The translations under genes were made by a program, and so were the position numbers. From Podarcis melisellensis (taxonomy: Eukaryota), in NCBI GenBank assembly GCA_964234715.1, contig OZ174289.1: a stretch of 64,000 nt of DNA, one strand, 5' to 3'. Positions 26,401 to 38,888 of this stretch are shown in pieces (position 1 is the stretch's first letter; each line of letters opens with the position of its first letter). Under the pieces are notes generated by a model. The model saw only the letters and a program-made list of their open reading frames with translations. It was not told the origin of the DNA and did not search any database.

Positions 26401-29400
26401 ATTCCTCTCACAAAGCTCCACTTCCCAGAATTCTTTGGGGAAAGGGATTGCTTATTAGACTTCTCTGGGCATGATAGTTCTGTGAGGGGAATACTCTCAG
26501 CACCTTTAACAAACAACAGGTCCCAGGATTCCTAAAGGCAAGCGATGACTAAAGTGACATTATACTGCTTTAAGTGTAAAGTGCAAATGAGGCCTGGGCT
26601 TTGTGCTACAGAGATAACTTTTAGTGGGTCATGTCATTCAGCTGGCAGCCAGCAAAGTCAGATCGTCCCTCTGTACCTTTTTCTGTTTACTGTTCTTGGT
26701 GGTTTACTTAAAGCCAGGAGGGTTTAATGCAGCCAACCAAGGTTGGGTAAGCATCATTATGATGTTAGGTAATTAACTGGTGGGTGGTTTCACCCACCTG
26801 TCAAAGTTGGCCCACAGCATGGAGGGTGATAAAGATCTGGCCCAAGAAGATTCCCCGCCCCTAGGGTATAGGGTTTCAGCCTGAGCTGCAGATCCAAAAG
26901 TCCCTGGTTCAAACTTGTGGACTCACTAAGTGACCAGAGACTAGCAGTGTTGTCATGTGCCTTATTCCCCACATCTGCAAAATGGGGAAAATAGCACTGA
27001 TTTTTACCTTACAATGTTGTTGTAAGGATTACAGTTAAATGATGTTTGTGAAAAGATTTGAACACTTGAAAGTGCAAAAAAAAACCTGTTAGATAGCTGT
27101 TTTTAATGTTAAACAATCACAGCCATCTGAAACCAGAGCAGCAGAAAAATCCACAATGGACTCCTTTTTTTTTTTTTTGCAACAGAAAGACTAACTGGTC
27201 CCCAAAGGCCCTCCTGAAATACTATTAATTTGCCATGGAGAGAAAATGTACAGTGATATAAGAAGAGCCCCTACTGGAAAAGACCAAGGCTTATATCAGG
27301 TGTGGGGAACCTTTGTCCCTGCAATTTTTCCTGAATTAAACTCCTATCACCCCGGCGTTTTGTCATGCTTGCTGCAGCTGATGGGGGTTGTAGTTTGGAA
27401 ACATCTGGAAGGCCAGTGGTTCCCCACACCTGGCTTAACACATCCAACTCCCTGTTTTCTACAGTAGGCAGTCAAGTGCCTCTAGGAAGCACAGATGCAG
27501 AGCACAAAAGGCAATAAACCATCTCCCATTGTCCCCCATCTTAAGCAAATATTATCTAGAGACATGCTCCCCCTGATCCTAAAGATGGCACTTAACCACC
27601 TTGATTAGTAATCATTGATAACTTTTATCTTCCATGAATTGGCCTAACCCCCCTTTAAAACCCATCTAAGTTGGTGGCCATCACCACACAACTTGTGACA
27701 GCAAATCCCACTCTTTTAACTTTGCACTCTGTGAAGGAGTGCAGTTCTGCCAATGGCATCTATGAGAAGAGGATGTAGGACCAGATGGGCCTTTGGCCAA
27801 ATAATAATAATAATTTATTTTTAATTAACTAATTAACTAACTACCCAGAGTGGCTGGTTTCTCCAGTCACTCTAGGTAGTTCCCAACAGAATATTTAAAA
27901 CATAATAAAACATCAGACATTAAAAACTTCCCTAAACAGGGCTGCCTTCAGATGTCTGATAGTTGTTTATTTCCTTGACATCTGATGGGAGGGCATTCCA
28001 CAGGGCGTGCACCACTACCGAGAAGGCCCTCTGCCTGGTTCCCTGTAACCTCAATTCTCACAGTGAGGGAACCACTAGAAGGCCCTTGGATCTCAGTGTC
28101 TGGGCTGAGTGATGGGGATGGAGACGCTCCTTCAGATATACTGGACCAAGGCCATTTAGGGCTTTAAAGGTCAGCACCAACACTTTGAATTGTGCCTAGA
28201 AACGTACTGGGAGCCAATGTAGGTCTTTCAAGACCGGTGTTATGTGGTCTCGGTGGCCGCTCCCAGTCACCAGTCTAGCTGCTGTGTTCTGGATTAGTTG
28301 TAGTTTCTGGGTCACCTTCAAAGGTAGCCCCACGTAGAGCACATTGCAGTAGTCTAAGTGGGAGATAACCAGAGCATGCACCACTCTGGCGAGGCAGTCC
28401 ATGGGCAGATAGGGTCTCAGCCTACGTACCAGATGGAGCTGGTAGACAGCTGCCCTGGACACAGAACTGACCTGCGCCTCAATGGACAGCTGTGAATACA
28501 AAATGACTCCCAGACTGCGCACCTGATCCTTCAGGGCACAGTTACCCCATTCAGGACCAGGGAGACCCCCATACCTGCCTGCCCCCCAAAGGTGTTCCAA
28601 AACAAGGATTATCTACTGAAAGATGTTTTGCCTTTCTGTGCAACTAAGTATGTCTTTGGTACTTTTTTAAAAATTGATGTTCTTTGGATTGAACAGAGTG
28701 GAGATTTCCGGTGGTTATTACGAGTACATTGATGTCAGCAGCTGCCAAGATATCATTCACCTTTACCACCTGCTCTGGTCAGCAACCATTTTGAACATTG
28801 TGGGCTTGTTCCTTGGGATCATCACCGCTGCAATCCTAGGAGGCTTTAAAGATATGGTAAGAGGATGTCCATGGGAAACGTAGACAAGTAGAATTTTTTA
28901 TTTATTTCAAGTGTGTTGTGCCACTTTTTAGAGCTATGTGCTCACCATGTGGTGTGCAAAGGAATGAGAGACAAATAGTACAAATAAACACAGCAGAAGA
29001 TAGAGAGATTAAAAATGAGAAGCTGCTCTGGAGACCAGAGCAATTTTGGGTGGGCACCAATTAAAGGTGACGAGACATTTTTTGGTAGGCATCCATGAAG
29101 TGGGAAAGGCTTTGTGGCCTCCCTAAATGCCAGAATTCAAGTGGCAAGGTCCAAGCCCATCAGGAAGGTGTTGCGTAGTTTTCGGAGCCACTATAGGAAA
29201 GGCCATGTCTCTTGTGCATGACGACCAAACTCATGGGTGGGGAATCTTTTTGGCTTGGCAAGTCAGATAATTATATCCTCCCACCTGCAGGCAGCTTTAA
29301 CAGGTGAGCGTGACTACACATCTTTTCCATCTTCTGTCATCCTATTGATCTCGGGTAGATTGTCCCACCCACCTGTCAGAGTTGGCCCACAGAGTAAAGG

Positions 29401-32165
29401 TGATTGAACTCCCCCATCCATTAGCTAATGGGCAAAGGGATCTAATCTTACATTCTGCAGGATTTGAGTGCAGAGGAGAGTTCCTTACACGCCTGAACCA
29501 ACCAGGACAGAGCTTCTCCCATTTCAGATGATGCACAGGGATATTTCAACCCTGCTTTTTACAGCAATTTACCTGATGTCATATAGGATGTCAGGGGTGG
29601 GGCTGGTGGGTGTGGTTTGGGAAGAGCAGCCCAGCTGCCCAAATGAGAAGGCCTCTCAGGCCAGATTTGGCCCATGGCCGGGAGGTTCCCCACAGCAGGA
29701 CACTTGAGAAGGACCCCTGAGGTAGATCGTACTGTACAGGCAAGATCTGTACTTCTCCCATTTCTCTTGCAGTATTCTGATCTCTTCTGGCCATTTGAAT
29801 AAATGGACCACAAGCTAAGTGACTTTTCCATTTTCCATTGTGTTCATAGACTCCCTCACTTCCTGCTATAAACTGCACAGTTGAAAATGCACGGCCCACT
29901 GTATCTTACTACTCGAGACCCCAGGTGACGTCATACAATACATATTACCACAGCACGCCTCACCTGCCACCGTATTCAGCATATGACTTCCAGGTATGTT
30001 GGGTCAAATGGCTGCTGGGCTTACTTAAGAGAGTAATCTGCTTTTTTACAGAGGGGGTGCACCATCAAGCAGTTATGTTACAACTGCCTCTTTTTTTCTA
30101 TGCAATCTTTTATGTTCCATCTTTTGGAGGAGAGAAAACTATTTTGCCTTCGTCTTGCTGTCATTTCGCCTCTGTTCCTGGCTCCAAATTTTACCTTGTT
30201 TTTTTGCAGGTGTGGTGAAACACATTTCCCTTTTCTGCTCAGTTTCAGCCTGTATAATTGTAGAGAACCTGTGGGCCTTCAGTTGCTATGTGGCTTCAAC
30301 TCCCATCAGCTCCCAGACAATATGGCTGACAATCAAGGAATGATGGGAGTTTAGCTCATTCTCGGTAGAGCATGAGACTCTTTGGGCAGATCTACTCTCA
30401 TGGTTTATAACGTTTAAAATGTGCTATTGAAATGTGACACCAGAGGGTGCTGGCAAAGAGGGAATGCATGTTAAACGTTATAGAACGTTACTTTTATTAT
30501 CGTCCTAATAATGTTTAAAAGATTGATGTAGTTCCAGCCTTTATCCCAGAGTTGTGGGCTTGAACCCCACATTGGGCAAAACATTCCTGTATTGCCCAGA
30601 GTTGGATTCTATAGTTCTAATCTGGAGGGCACCAGGGTTCTCTCTGCTGGGGTAAATTGATCCTCCTCTTCCTGCGATGATCTTCATATTTCACCAAGTT
30701 GGTCCTTGAAGCTGACATGGGGGAGTAGGGCATGAAACTTAATTTTTACAAATTTCTTCAGTAAGCTGAAGTCTTAAATATGTGTTTTGGGGGTGTGAGG
30801 AATTCAAATCTGCTATTGGTTTTGTGATTGGACAACATTTAGCTTGGCAAGTCTGTGCCTGATGAAGAAGCACATAAACTGCTTTCGGAAAACCAAAGAA
30901 TTCTAATTTTACCTTCCGAAAATGTCAGGAAGTGCTGAACAAAAGGAATAATAAATACAAATAATATAAACATACAGTATAACTGCAAGTACTTGACAGT
31001 CTCTTTTAATGATTTCTATGCAATTTTACACACATTTTTACTTAACCAAGCGAAACTAAATGATATTAATTTAACCAAAACATCTTTTGAATTCCCAAGC
31101 CATGTTACAACTTTTTAGCACCCCTCATTCTGGAATTCAAAAGCTGAAAAATTCAACATGCCCTAGCGGGGGAGGCGATATAAAGATAAACTCTCCCTGA
31201 AATGTCTCATAGCCAGGTCGTAAAAGGTAACAACCAGCGCCTTGCCATGGGTGGAATTCTTGCAAGGACCTCAAACTGGGCTACCAGGCTACTGGGATAG
31301 CTCAGTCAGAAGAGCATGAAACGTTTCATCTCAGGCTGGTGGGTTCAAGCCGCACATTGTGCAGAAAGATTCCTGCATTGCACAGCGTTAGATGACCCTT
31401 GTGGTCCCTTCTGACTCTACAGTTCTATGAAGCAGGAATTTATATACAGTAATACCTCCGCGAACATCCGCCCCCGTCGACTATCCATTTTGGCGAATGT
31501 CCGCAGCAAACCCAGAAGTACTGGAACAGGTTGCTTCCGAGTTTGCCGCTTGCGCATGCGCAGAAGCGCTAAAGTGCACTATGTGCAGAAGTGCAAACCA
31601 CTCCACGCGCATGCGCAAAACAGCACTTTATCGAGCATCCCTTTTGTTGAGCGTCTGGGACTCTGGAACAGATCCCGGACTCAAAACAAGGTACCACTGT
31701 ATATAGTTCAGACGTGCATGACCTAGGAAGCTGTTTTAATTCCAGGTCATATCACTGCTACACCTAGCTCAGTACTGGCAGTGGCTCTCAGGTAAGAGGT
31801 ATCACCTGGGCTGGGGAGGCCTGCCCAGGTAGAGTCCTGAGGGCCAGAAATAGGGGCCTAGAGTCCACATTTGGCTCTCAGTCCACATTTGGCTCTCAGG
31901 CCTAGGATTCCTCCTCCCACGGTGATAAGCTAGAAGGACCAAAGATTGGGCTGTGCTTGAGGCAGCTTTCTCTATACTGAAGCCACCTCTCTCCCTTTCG
32001 TTGCAGCATTCCAGTGTCTTCCCGGCCTCCACACCATCTGGCCTTTCTGACGATCCTTTATCGCTGTCGCCATCGCCAAGCTATGTCTGGTCCCCTACTG
32101 CTCCTCCTCGTTACTCCCCACCGTATTTTCCACCTTTTGAAAAGCCACCACCTTACACGCCATGA
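3840..32165 (+). CDS. TMEM255A: Transmembrane protein 255A, spliced CDS join(3840..3897,13731..13873,19788..19850,22504..22593,24755..24817,25705..25793,28697..28856,29850..29993,32007..32165), 969 nt, 322 aa
   Basis: Nine exons with GT-AG boundaries and consistent phases join into one open frame, [11 protein letters not shown]...[16 protein letters not shown]...[16 protein letters not shown]...CCDLYNCG...FEKPPPYTP*. This closely matches recalled vertebrate TMEM255A. Confidence 0.96.
6113..6450 (+). mobile_element. Sauria-type SINE
   Basis: tRNA-like B box ggttcgaatcc, body gcaagtagataaataggtacc, tail tttaccctttacc. Confidence 0.85.
6832..7070 (-). mobile_element. CR1 LINE 3' fragment
   Basis: cataagaat tail and reverse-complement similarity to the CR1 end at 41.8-42.3 kb. 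Confidence 0.6.
7441..7709. mobile_element. hAT (Charlie-like) non-autonomous element
   Basis: TIR cagggatggcgaac/gtttccccacctctg; TSD atctagag/atctaggg. Confidence 0.75.
8400..8972 (+). mobile_element. L2-clade LINE 3' fragment
   Basis: Encodes degenerate [10 protein letters not shown]...HILPIL...[11 protein letters not shown]; A-rich tail. Confidence 0.75.
10140..10735 (+). mobile_element. Older L2-clade LINE 3' fragment
   Basis: cagaatgcagcagct...tataaagcccttaacagcttggggcc...tggaactccctg; aataaataa tail. Confidence 0.6.
12405..12737 (+). mobile_element. Solo LTR inserted in a palindromic MITE
   Basis: TG...CA ends, 5-bp TSD atcta/attta, duplicated CCAAT/ATTGG blocks, TATATAAA near 12639, AATAAA near 12695. 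Confidence 0.75.
13731..13873 (+). CDS. TMEM255A: TMEM255A coding exon 2
   Basis: ttttag acceptor, gtaagt donor; encodes [47 protein letters not shown]. Confidence 0.97.
17458..17691. mobile_element. Tc1/mariner (Tigger-like) MITE
   Basis: TA-cagtggtacctc ... gaggtatgtctg-TA. Confidence 0.8.
19788..19850 (+). CDS. TMEM255A: TMEM255A coding exon 3
   Basis: tttcag acceptor, gtaagt donor; [21 protein letters not shown]. Confidence 0.96.
20771..20902. mobile_element. Representative copy of the abundant ~130-bp palindromic hAT-like MITE (other copies near 990, 17720, 21910, 27300, 34345, 35040)
   Basis: ccctccagatgttg...caactcccatc...gatgg...catct...ggcc self-complementary layout recurs throughout the window. 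Confidence 0.7.
22504..22593 (+). CDS. TMEM255A: TMEM255A coding exon 4
   Basis: Pyrimidine tract plus cag acceptor, gtgagt donor; [30 protein letters not shown]. Confidence 0.96.
22877..23174. mobile_element. hAT non-autonomous element
   Basis: TIR caggggcgcc/ggtgcccctg; perfect 8-bp TSD gttggcag. Confidence 0.85.
23409..23443. repeat. (CA)n microsatellite
   Basis: Read directly from the sequence. Confidence 0.95.
24755..24817 (+). CDS. TMEM255A: TMEM255A coding exon 5
   Basis: T-tract plus acag acceptor, gtatgt donor; [21 protein letters not shown]. Confidence 0.93.
25705..25793 (+). CDS. TMEM255A: TMEM255A coding exon 6
   Basis: acag acceptor, gtgagt donor; [29 protein letters not shown], phase 2. 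Confidence 0.94.
26003..26378 (-). mobile_element. Full-length Sauria-type SINE nested in a palindromic MITE (about 25896-26597)
   Basis: Reverse-complement match to the 6113-6450 copy; 12-bp TSD tgagagttgtta at 25991 and 26379. Confidence 0.88.
27800..28590 (-). mobile_element. L2-clade LINE 3' fragment
   Basis: ORF 28196-28600 gives [32 protein letters not shown]...LHWLPVRF, the typical L2 ORF2 C-terminus. Confidence 0.85.
28697..28856 (+). CDS. TMEM255A: TMEM255A coding exon 7
   Basis: gaacag acceptor, gtaaga donor; (R)[53 protein letters not shown]. Confidence 0.95.
29850..29993 (+). CDS. TMEM255A: TMEM255A coding exon 8
   Basis: catag acceptor, gtatgt donor; [48 protein letters not shown]. 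Confidence 0.94.
31294..31430 (+). mobile_element. tRNA-derived SINE with CR1-like tail
   Basis: A/B-box-like head gatagctcagtc...ggttcaagcc; tail gtcccttctgactctacagttctatga; related copies at about 30350-30620 (split by a MITE) and 57906-59047. Confidence 0.7.
31447..31699. mobile_element. Tc1/mariner (Tigger-like) MITE
   Basis: TA-cagtaatacctc ... aaggtaccactg-TA. Confidence 0.75.
32007..32165 (+). CDS. TMEM255A: TMEM255A last coding exon (proline-rich tail with PPxY motifs)
   Basis: ttgcag acceptor; [16 protein letters not shown]...[24 protein letters not shown]. Confidence 0.96.
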   Translation, partial: HSSVFPASTPSGLSDDPLSLSPSPSYVWSPTAPPRYSPPYFPPFEKPPPYTP

Positions 32166-32671
32166 AGGAAGGACGGGTAGAAACTGTGCCACTGGGGCTA
32201 ATTGTGAAACCTTTTTGTACTGGTGGGAGGGCGGGGAAGAGAGAGTGGGCACACTTATTACATAGCATACATAATCCATTTAAAATAGGGGAACCCTGCA
32301 ACAGTCTTCCCATAGACCAAGCCTAGGCCAAATTGATGCTAAGTGCCAGCAGCAAGAAGGGACAAATCCTGCATTCAGCACCTGCAGTCTTGCTCTGTTT
32401 GCTTCTTCAAAATCCATCATGATTAGTTGGCCGCTGTGGACTTGTTGCTTTGAGGGTTTGGTCACTTTGAGCAAATTGCTGAAATTGCTGTGTGGCTAAT
32501 CAGGCACACCCTTCTTTTCTCAAAAGGTGTTGATAAAATGGTGTTCCTAATTCCTTTTCTCCTCTTTAACAAAATTGCTGGGCTGAGTGGAATGTAGCTG
32601 AGGGTGAAGATTTAAAGGAGGAACCCAAGAGCTTGAGTGTATGAAATGAATGCTCTAGACTAGTAGGAGGA

Positions 32672-32720
<49 letters not shown>
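32672..32720. repeat. (AAT)n microsatellite in the TMEM255A 3' UTR
   Basis: Read directly from the sequence. Confidence 0.95.
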
Positions 32721-35700
32721 GATATATGAAGCCTTAATTTTGCACACTGAAAATAGGCCTTTGAATGGGAATTGAAGGTCACTGTAGGTGCAGCTGTTTG
32801 TTAGGCAAATGGCATTCTACTGACACCTAGCGACATTCTGTGAGTATTACCTCACAGTAGAAAAACAAAAGTTGCTTCACACACTACTTTTTATCTTTAC
32901 ATATGTTGGTGATGGATATATATAAATTGGCCTTTATTTTCCTAGTTAGGTTTTTAATATAGCCACAATCAAAAATAGGTGCTATGCCAAATATTTTCTG
33001 CTCTTGTAAACAGCACAAAAGCCACACAGTTTGGCTGGATGCACATGATCAAATGTAACTTCCCCCTCTTTCCTTGCAAGAGGATGATAATTAAGCTGCT
33101 TAGCACCTTCAGGCACTGGATTTCCACCATTTGTTGCAACATAAGCCCTGTGTGGGTGTTCAGGCACTCTGCATGTAAACAAACACATGTAAGAGATGTG
33201 GGAGGGGGGTGCCAAAGCCCACCCTTACAGCTCATCCTCCACACCCCATTTTATATTAAAGTTCTGCAGCTGGAGGTCTTCCGTACTCACAGTGCCTGCT
33301 TCTGCTGCTCAGTGGTAGGGCATTTGCCTTGCGTATAGGAGTTCCAAGGTTCAGTCCCTGGCATCACTGTGTAAACCGTTGCCTGAAATCCTGCTGCCAG
33401 GCAATGTACACACAATCCTCAGCTAGACGGACCATTGTTCTGATTCATTATAAGGCTCGCTCCCCGTGAAACTGACACAAATAGGGGTGGGGGGTTTAAA
33501 TAGTGCAAGCAGCTCAGCCTCCACAAGAAGAGGAGGCTCCCCACCTGTCTTCACACCACTGTAGTCCCTCAAGTAGAGAGTGTTCGGTGTAGCCATTTTG
33601 GGACTCTTGGGTGATCAGGAACTGAGGCTAACATTAACTGTCCTCTAAGCTGTGCAGCTAGACCTAGACTGCATGCCTGCATTATTCATAGGCTTACACA
33701 GTCAGCTTCAATGACACACAACTCTGCATGCAGAATCCTCAGCTTGTACAAATCCTAGGAAATCGTGGTCTGGTTTACACTTTATGTTGCAGTCTCTCAT
33801 ACATCTTAATAGGGAACACTCAAATGTTTGAAGCAGGTATGTATATAATTGCAAGTCTCCACCCCCCCCCAAAAAAAAACCCCACAGATCCTTAGTGAGT
33901 GTTCACTGTGTCTTCCTGCTTTTAAACAAACAAACACCTTAATGAATTTATTATAAAGGGCTGCTTCTGCTTGCGACTGAGTTCGAAGGAAGGGGATTTG
34001 CCCCGAATAAGAAAAACTAATATTTTAAAGAACAATGCAATTGGAAAGCTTTTAGCTCTCACAGCTCTAGCAATTTAGAAAGTTGCATTTTGTATGTGTG
34101 GCCGGTTTGGTGAATCGGACCATGGTTCACTGCAAACAGCAATGCAGACCTAGGTTCAAATTCCTGCTGAGCCGCCAGCCTAACCTACTTCTTGGTGTTT
34201 GGGAGGAAAACACATGAAAGAGATTTTACTGCAACATTTAAATACCTGAATTGTGTAATTGCTTCATGGTAGCTAATCAAGTCTGTATTTTAAGCTGTAG
34301 GAGATGGAGGAGTTTGGGAAGCTATGCATTGCATTGCTTAATAGAGGGGTATCCAGTGTGTCCTCCAGATGTTTCTGAGCTACTTCATTCTACACCATTG
34401 GCCATGCCTGCTGGAGTGATAGTTGTAGGCCAGCAACATTTCCAGGGCACAACACTGGCTACCCCGTATGTGCTAAGCATCTTAATACTGATACTAGGGA
34501 GCTCTGAAGACTTTGTGAGCTTGTGTGTCCTATCACCAATTGAGTGCTGTTCTGGATTGTGGCCAGAGACTGTATACTATTCATTCTGGGAAGGAAAGAG
34601 TTGTACAAAAACAGGTATTAGAGCATGTTCTTCTCACCTTGTCAATTCATTCACCGGTTCCTTGTTTGCTTGGGATTCACAGAATGCTTTGCACAAACCA
34701 GGGTTAGCCAGCATGGTAGACTCCAGACACTGGACTGTACCTCCCCGATCTTGCAGGCCAACCTCATTGTGTAAAGTCACAGAAGCAGGTGGTAAAAAAA
34801 GCCTGAGCTGAAGAGTTGTGCATTTCAGTAGCCTGGACCTTCTCTTCTCATTAATGCCACTGCCCCAGCATCACACCAAAGCTGCAAGGCTGTATCTACT
34901 TACTTTGCAGTAAGCCCAATCAAACTTGGTGAGATTTACTTCCAAAGTAGCCAAAGATAGGAATGTGCTATAAAAGTTATCCATTGCCTAAAAACCCATT
35001 GCCTAAAATCATCTGAGGATTTTAAGAGATGTTTCCCATCAGGGCTGGGGAACCTGTGGCCTGTTGGATGGTATTGGACTCTAAATTCCATCAGTTGCAG
35101 CCAGCAGTCGTCATCAGCGACGCCAAAAGCTGGAGTCCAGCAACATCTTGAAGTCCACAGGTTCCCCAGTGTAGCTTCTAGTTCATTCGGCGTTATATAA
35201 AACGGGCGTAACTCATGCATGCTCTCTTGCATCATAAGCCCAAGGTTTGCCAAAATGTTGTGGTGTTCTCATTCCCTTCTGCAGGGCTTTGCTCAAGGTT
35301 TGTCAGGTTTCAAAGCAACTTAAGCAGAGCAGTTAAACACTTCCTTGCCCCATGTCCATCTTTTCTCCAGAATATCTTAGGGCACGAGCTTTTTGGAGTG
35401 GGAGGGGTTGACTCTGCGCTAAGATTTCATTAATTGTGTTAACCTCTTACGAGGCTACTCTAGAACAGGGCTGGCCTCTAGCAGACTACACAGTACCTTT
35501 AGATTTCATTACCATTGAGTGCCAAAGACATCTGAACAAATGGAATGGTTATGTCACAGTGTCCTTGCTGCTTTTTAAAAAGTCTCTTTTTTTACATGAA
35601 GAAAATAGCAGTTATCTCCACCCTAGTGACCAGGTTGCTTTTTAGCTTTGATAGAAGTGTATGCAATCACCTGTAAATGTAAACACAGAAGTCACACGCG

Positions 35701-35780
35701 CTGTATTATCATCTTCAAATCCATTTCTTGTGAGAATGTAATGCACACATGGTTCATGTGCCCTCGGAATAATTTATAAA

Positions 35781-35786
35781 AATAAA
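35781..35786 (+). terminator. Candidate polyadenylation signal of TMEM255A (about 3.6 kb 3' UTR)
   Basis: AATAAA followed by U/GU-rich sequence (aattttgtttacgttttaattttgt), preceded by UGUA elements in non-repetitive sequence. Confidence 0.5.
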
Positions 35787-38486
35787 AATGGTAAGAATTT
35801 TGTTTACGTTTTAATTTTGTGGCGGGGTTAGCTGGTTCCCAAATTCTTATCCCTATAAATGGCATATCTGCCTATATACATAAAAACGTAAGGCTGTCAC
35901 TATACAGCCCCATTAAGAGAATGTGTAGCACCTCCTAACCTGGATTTGCATCAATTCAAGGTGGAGGAGGGGAGAAGACAGGTTTTAGAATCGTGGTTAT
36001 AAACAACAGCAGAGGCTTGAATAAAGCAGGGTTGGAAGGATGCAGAAGAGCTGTGTATATGGGTGGGTGGGGGGCCTTGAAGGAGCTGTGGAAGGTTGGG
36101 TAAGGAATACTGTAAAGGGAGGCAGTACGTGAGCAATATAAGTAGGAACAGCAAACCCTAGCAGGCTTTTTAAAAGGAACAGCATGCTTAAACAGCCTGG
36201 CCCCGAACTCTCATCTGCTGGCAGTACAAAGGGTTTCACTCCCAGCTATACAAAGTGTTTAAGGAGACATGGTGCCTTTCAAATGCTGTTTGACTACAAC
36301 TCCTATCAGCCCCAGCCAGCATTGCCAATGCAGAGGGGTTACTGGGAGATGTAGTCTAATGATATATGGAGGGCACCATGTTGGGGGACCCCCCCCCATG
36401 TTTGCACAGAAACATGGCTTCCATTATAATCCCGCTTCTGCAGCTGAACTTTGGTCACTGTAAATAACTGCAAGAATTCTTAAGTACAGGCTTTTGACCA
36501 AAAGCAGAAATAATGGCACATAGAAAGTGTGGTTGGCAGGGAAGGAGAGAGGTGAGCTGAGCTGCTTGTATTTAAGGCCCTGGTAACGAAGAGAAGCATT
36601 TGACGGTGAACATGAAAAGCACGCTGCTTCTTTTCACAGCTAGCAAAAAAAGGGGGGCCAATAAATGAGTGGTAGGGCACACTCTTTGCATTCAGATCCC
36701 AGGCTTAGAGTTTAAATAAAGATCAGGTAGCAGCAGGTGATAGGGAAAATGCCTGCTTGATACTGGGTTAGATGAGCAAATGCATCAACTTGGAGCAAGG
36801 CTGTTTTCTGTGCTCCTAAAAAAAAGGTAAAGAACCCCTGACAGTTGAGTCCAGTCGCGAACGACTCTGGGCAGCTTATTTATTATTTGTGCTCATAATG
36901 GTATTGGGGCAGTTATATGCAGTTATGCTTTCCATACTCATTGAGCCTGCAACACTTTGGGGACAGATACAAAACATGCACTAAGTGGACATGTAGCAAT
37001 GTAGCATCAAGCCCTGTTAACGTTTTGTACTACAGATGTCGTGGTTCATTTTGTTTTTATCCTAGTTGTTCTGCTGTAGTGCAAGAGTGCCCCCTCCAGA
37101 TAACATTGGGGAAGCATCACAGAACTACTACTACAGCAGAATAATAATGCACTATTATTGCATAAAGACATGTTGCAGAACACATTCACCAATCTAGAGG
37201 GGCTGAGGGACTTTCTCAACAAGGGAAATTTTGGGAAAATGTTGGGTGTGCTGCTGCAGGGTCCCTTCTCAGCTCACATGGGCAATAAAGGCCTAGCCAG
37301 TGAATTGTGTGAACCCTTAAAAACACACCATCTGCTGCAAAATGGTGTATGTGTCTGCAGTAGATGCTCTGAAGTTCCACAGTAAAGGAGCTGACGTGGA
37401 AAGTGCTTCCTAAACAAAAACATTTTTAAAACCAATCACCTATATAAAACACAAGCTAAATGAATGGAATAATAACAAAATGACTCCATATTCTTTTACC
37501 CCAATTCAGCCAAAAATAATGTGCACAAAAGCAGCCTCTCTTGTGTGTAGCTGGTACCAATGCCCCGTTTGCATCACAATTTAACCCTCCTGAACTGATA
37601 GGTCCATCTTTTGATGTACAGCTCGACCCAGGGTCACCAATTGTCATAAGGGACAAGTAGGTTGTGCCTTGAGTTGGATGCAGGGCTCTGAGAATTGCTC
37701 ACAATCAAGTAGACGCTGGGCTACTTGATTGCCTCCACTGTAGGACCCCAGCTCTACCTCATTTTGGCATCAGGCCAAAATCTTCCTCATTTGGCATCAG
37801 GCAACAGCAAATAAAAGAGATGCAAAGCAGAGCCATTCCATTGCCTTTTCTCCCTGAATTGTTTTAATCCCAGCTGGTTTTTAAAATTCCTGTTTAAGAA
37901 TTGTGCTTGTTTGCTCCCCTCCCCCCCCCTTATGTCTTCTAGAATGCAGGCCTTTTTGATAAGCTTACATAAAGTGCTCTGGGATACCATCTGTTGTTGT
38001 TTTGCTAAACTGCAGGGTTAAAGTAGTCTGAATAAATAATATTTTTTAAAAAAATAACAACAGCAAAAACAATTAGATTTTGAGACATACTACATAAATG
38101 AGTTAAAACAATGGTTTCTCATTGGTAAATAAAGGTAAAGGACCCCTGGATGGTTAAGTCCAGTCAAAGGCGACTCAGGGGTGCAGCACTCATCTTGCTT
38201 TCAGGCCGAGGGAGCCAGTGTTTGTCCACAGACAGCTTTCCATGTCATTTGGCCAGCAGGACTAAACCGCTTGTGGACCTGACATTGGACCCAACAGACT
38301 TGTCATTGTCCCTATTCAGATTAATCGCCTCTTTCCTTCAGTTTACGCCTGCAAAGGAATCCAAATCTGACTTTCAAAAACTGGGCAGCAGCAAAAGCCA
38401 TCCATGAACAGCAATCCCAGAAACAACTGTTTCGTTTTGTTTTCTCAATAATAAACTGTTTGCACATTGGGAAAATTAATAGCTTT

Positions 38487-38492
38487 TTATTT
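38487..38492 (-). terminator. Candidate distal poly(A) signal of ZBTB33
   Basis: Minus-strand AATAAA at the end of an AU-rich, UGUA-rich unique block (38440-38800) typical of 3' UTR ends. Confidence 0.4.
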
Positions 38493-38888
38493 TTTTGCCA
38501 TACAAAGCTCTAAGAACTAAAGGTCAAGTATTGGTTAATGAAAAGCAAAACACAATTCCCAAGAAAGTATGTTAAGGAAAAAAACTGTACAAATTATATA
38601 CATTACAGTACTGTATTGATTCAATATTATTTTTTAAAAAGGATAAAGCTCAGTAGAAACCAGTATGGAATAAACCACGGCCCCCACCCCTTAAAAAAAG
38701 TTCTATGCTTTAGTAGGAAATAAATACGCAATGCACTGATATTCCCCCCCTTACATGTTTTAATTTTATACTGGAATGTCATGATATGGATTATGAAAAG
38801 AAATCATTAAGGAGAACTTAACACTCTCCTACCCACCTCACCCTCGCAATACCACTTACTTAGACTTAAGGGTTGTTTGTATACATTA

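Noticed and set aside
31294-31370. tRNA-like sequences (also near 6140, 30352, 57906/58916)
   Set aside because: They are SINE heads continuing into SINE bodies and tails; no intact cloverleaf.
34251-34811. 186-aa ORF downstream of TMEM255A
   Set aside because: Non-ATG start, runs through a MITE, no recognisable homology; probably 3' UTR.
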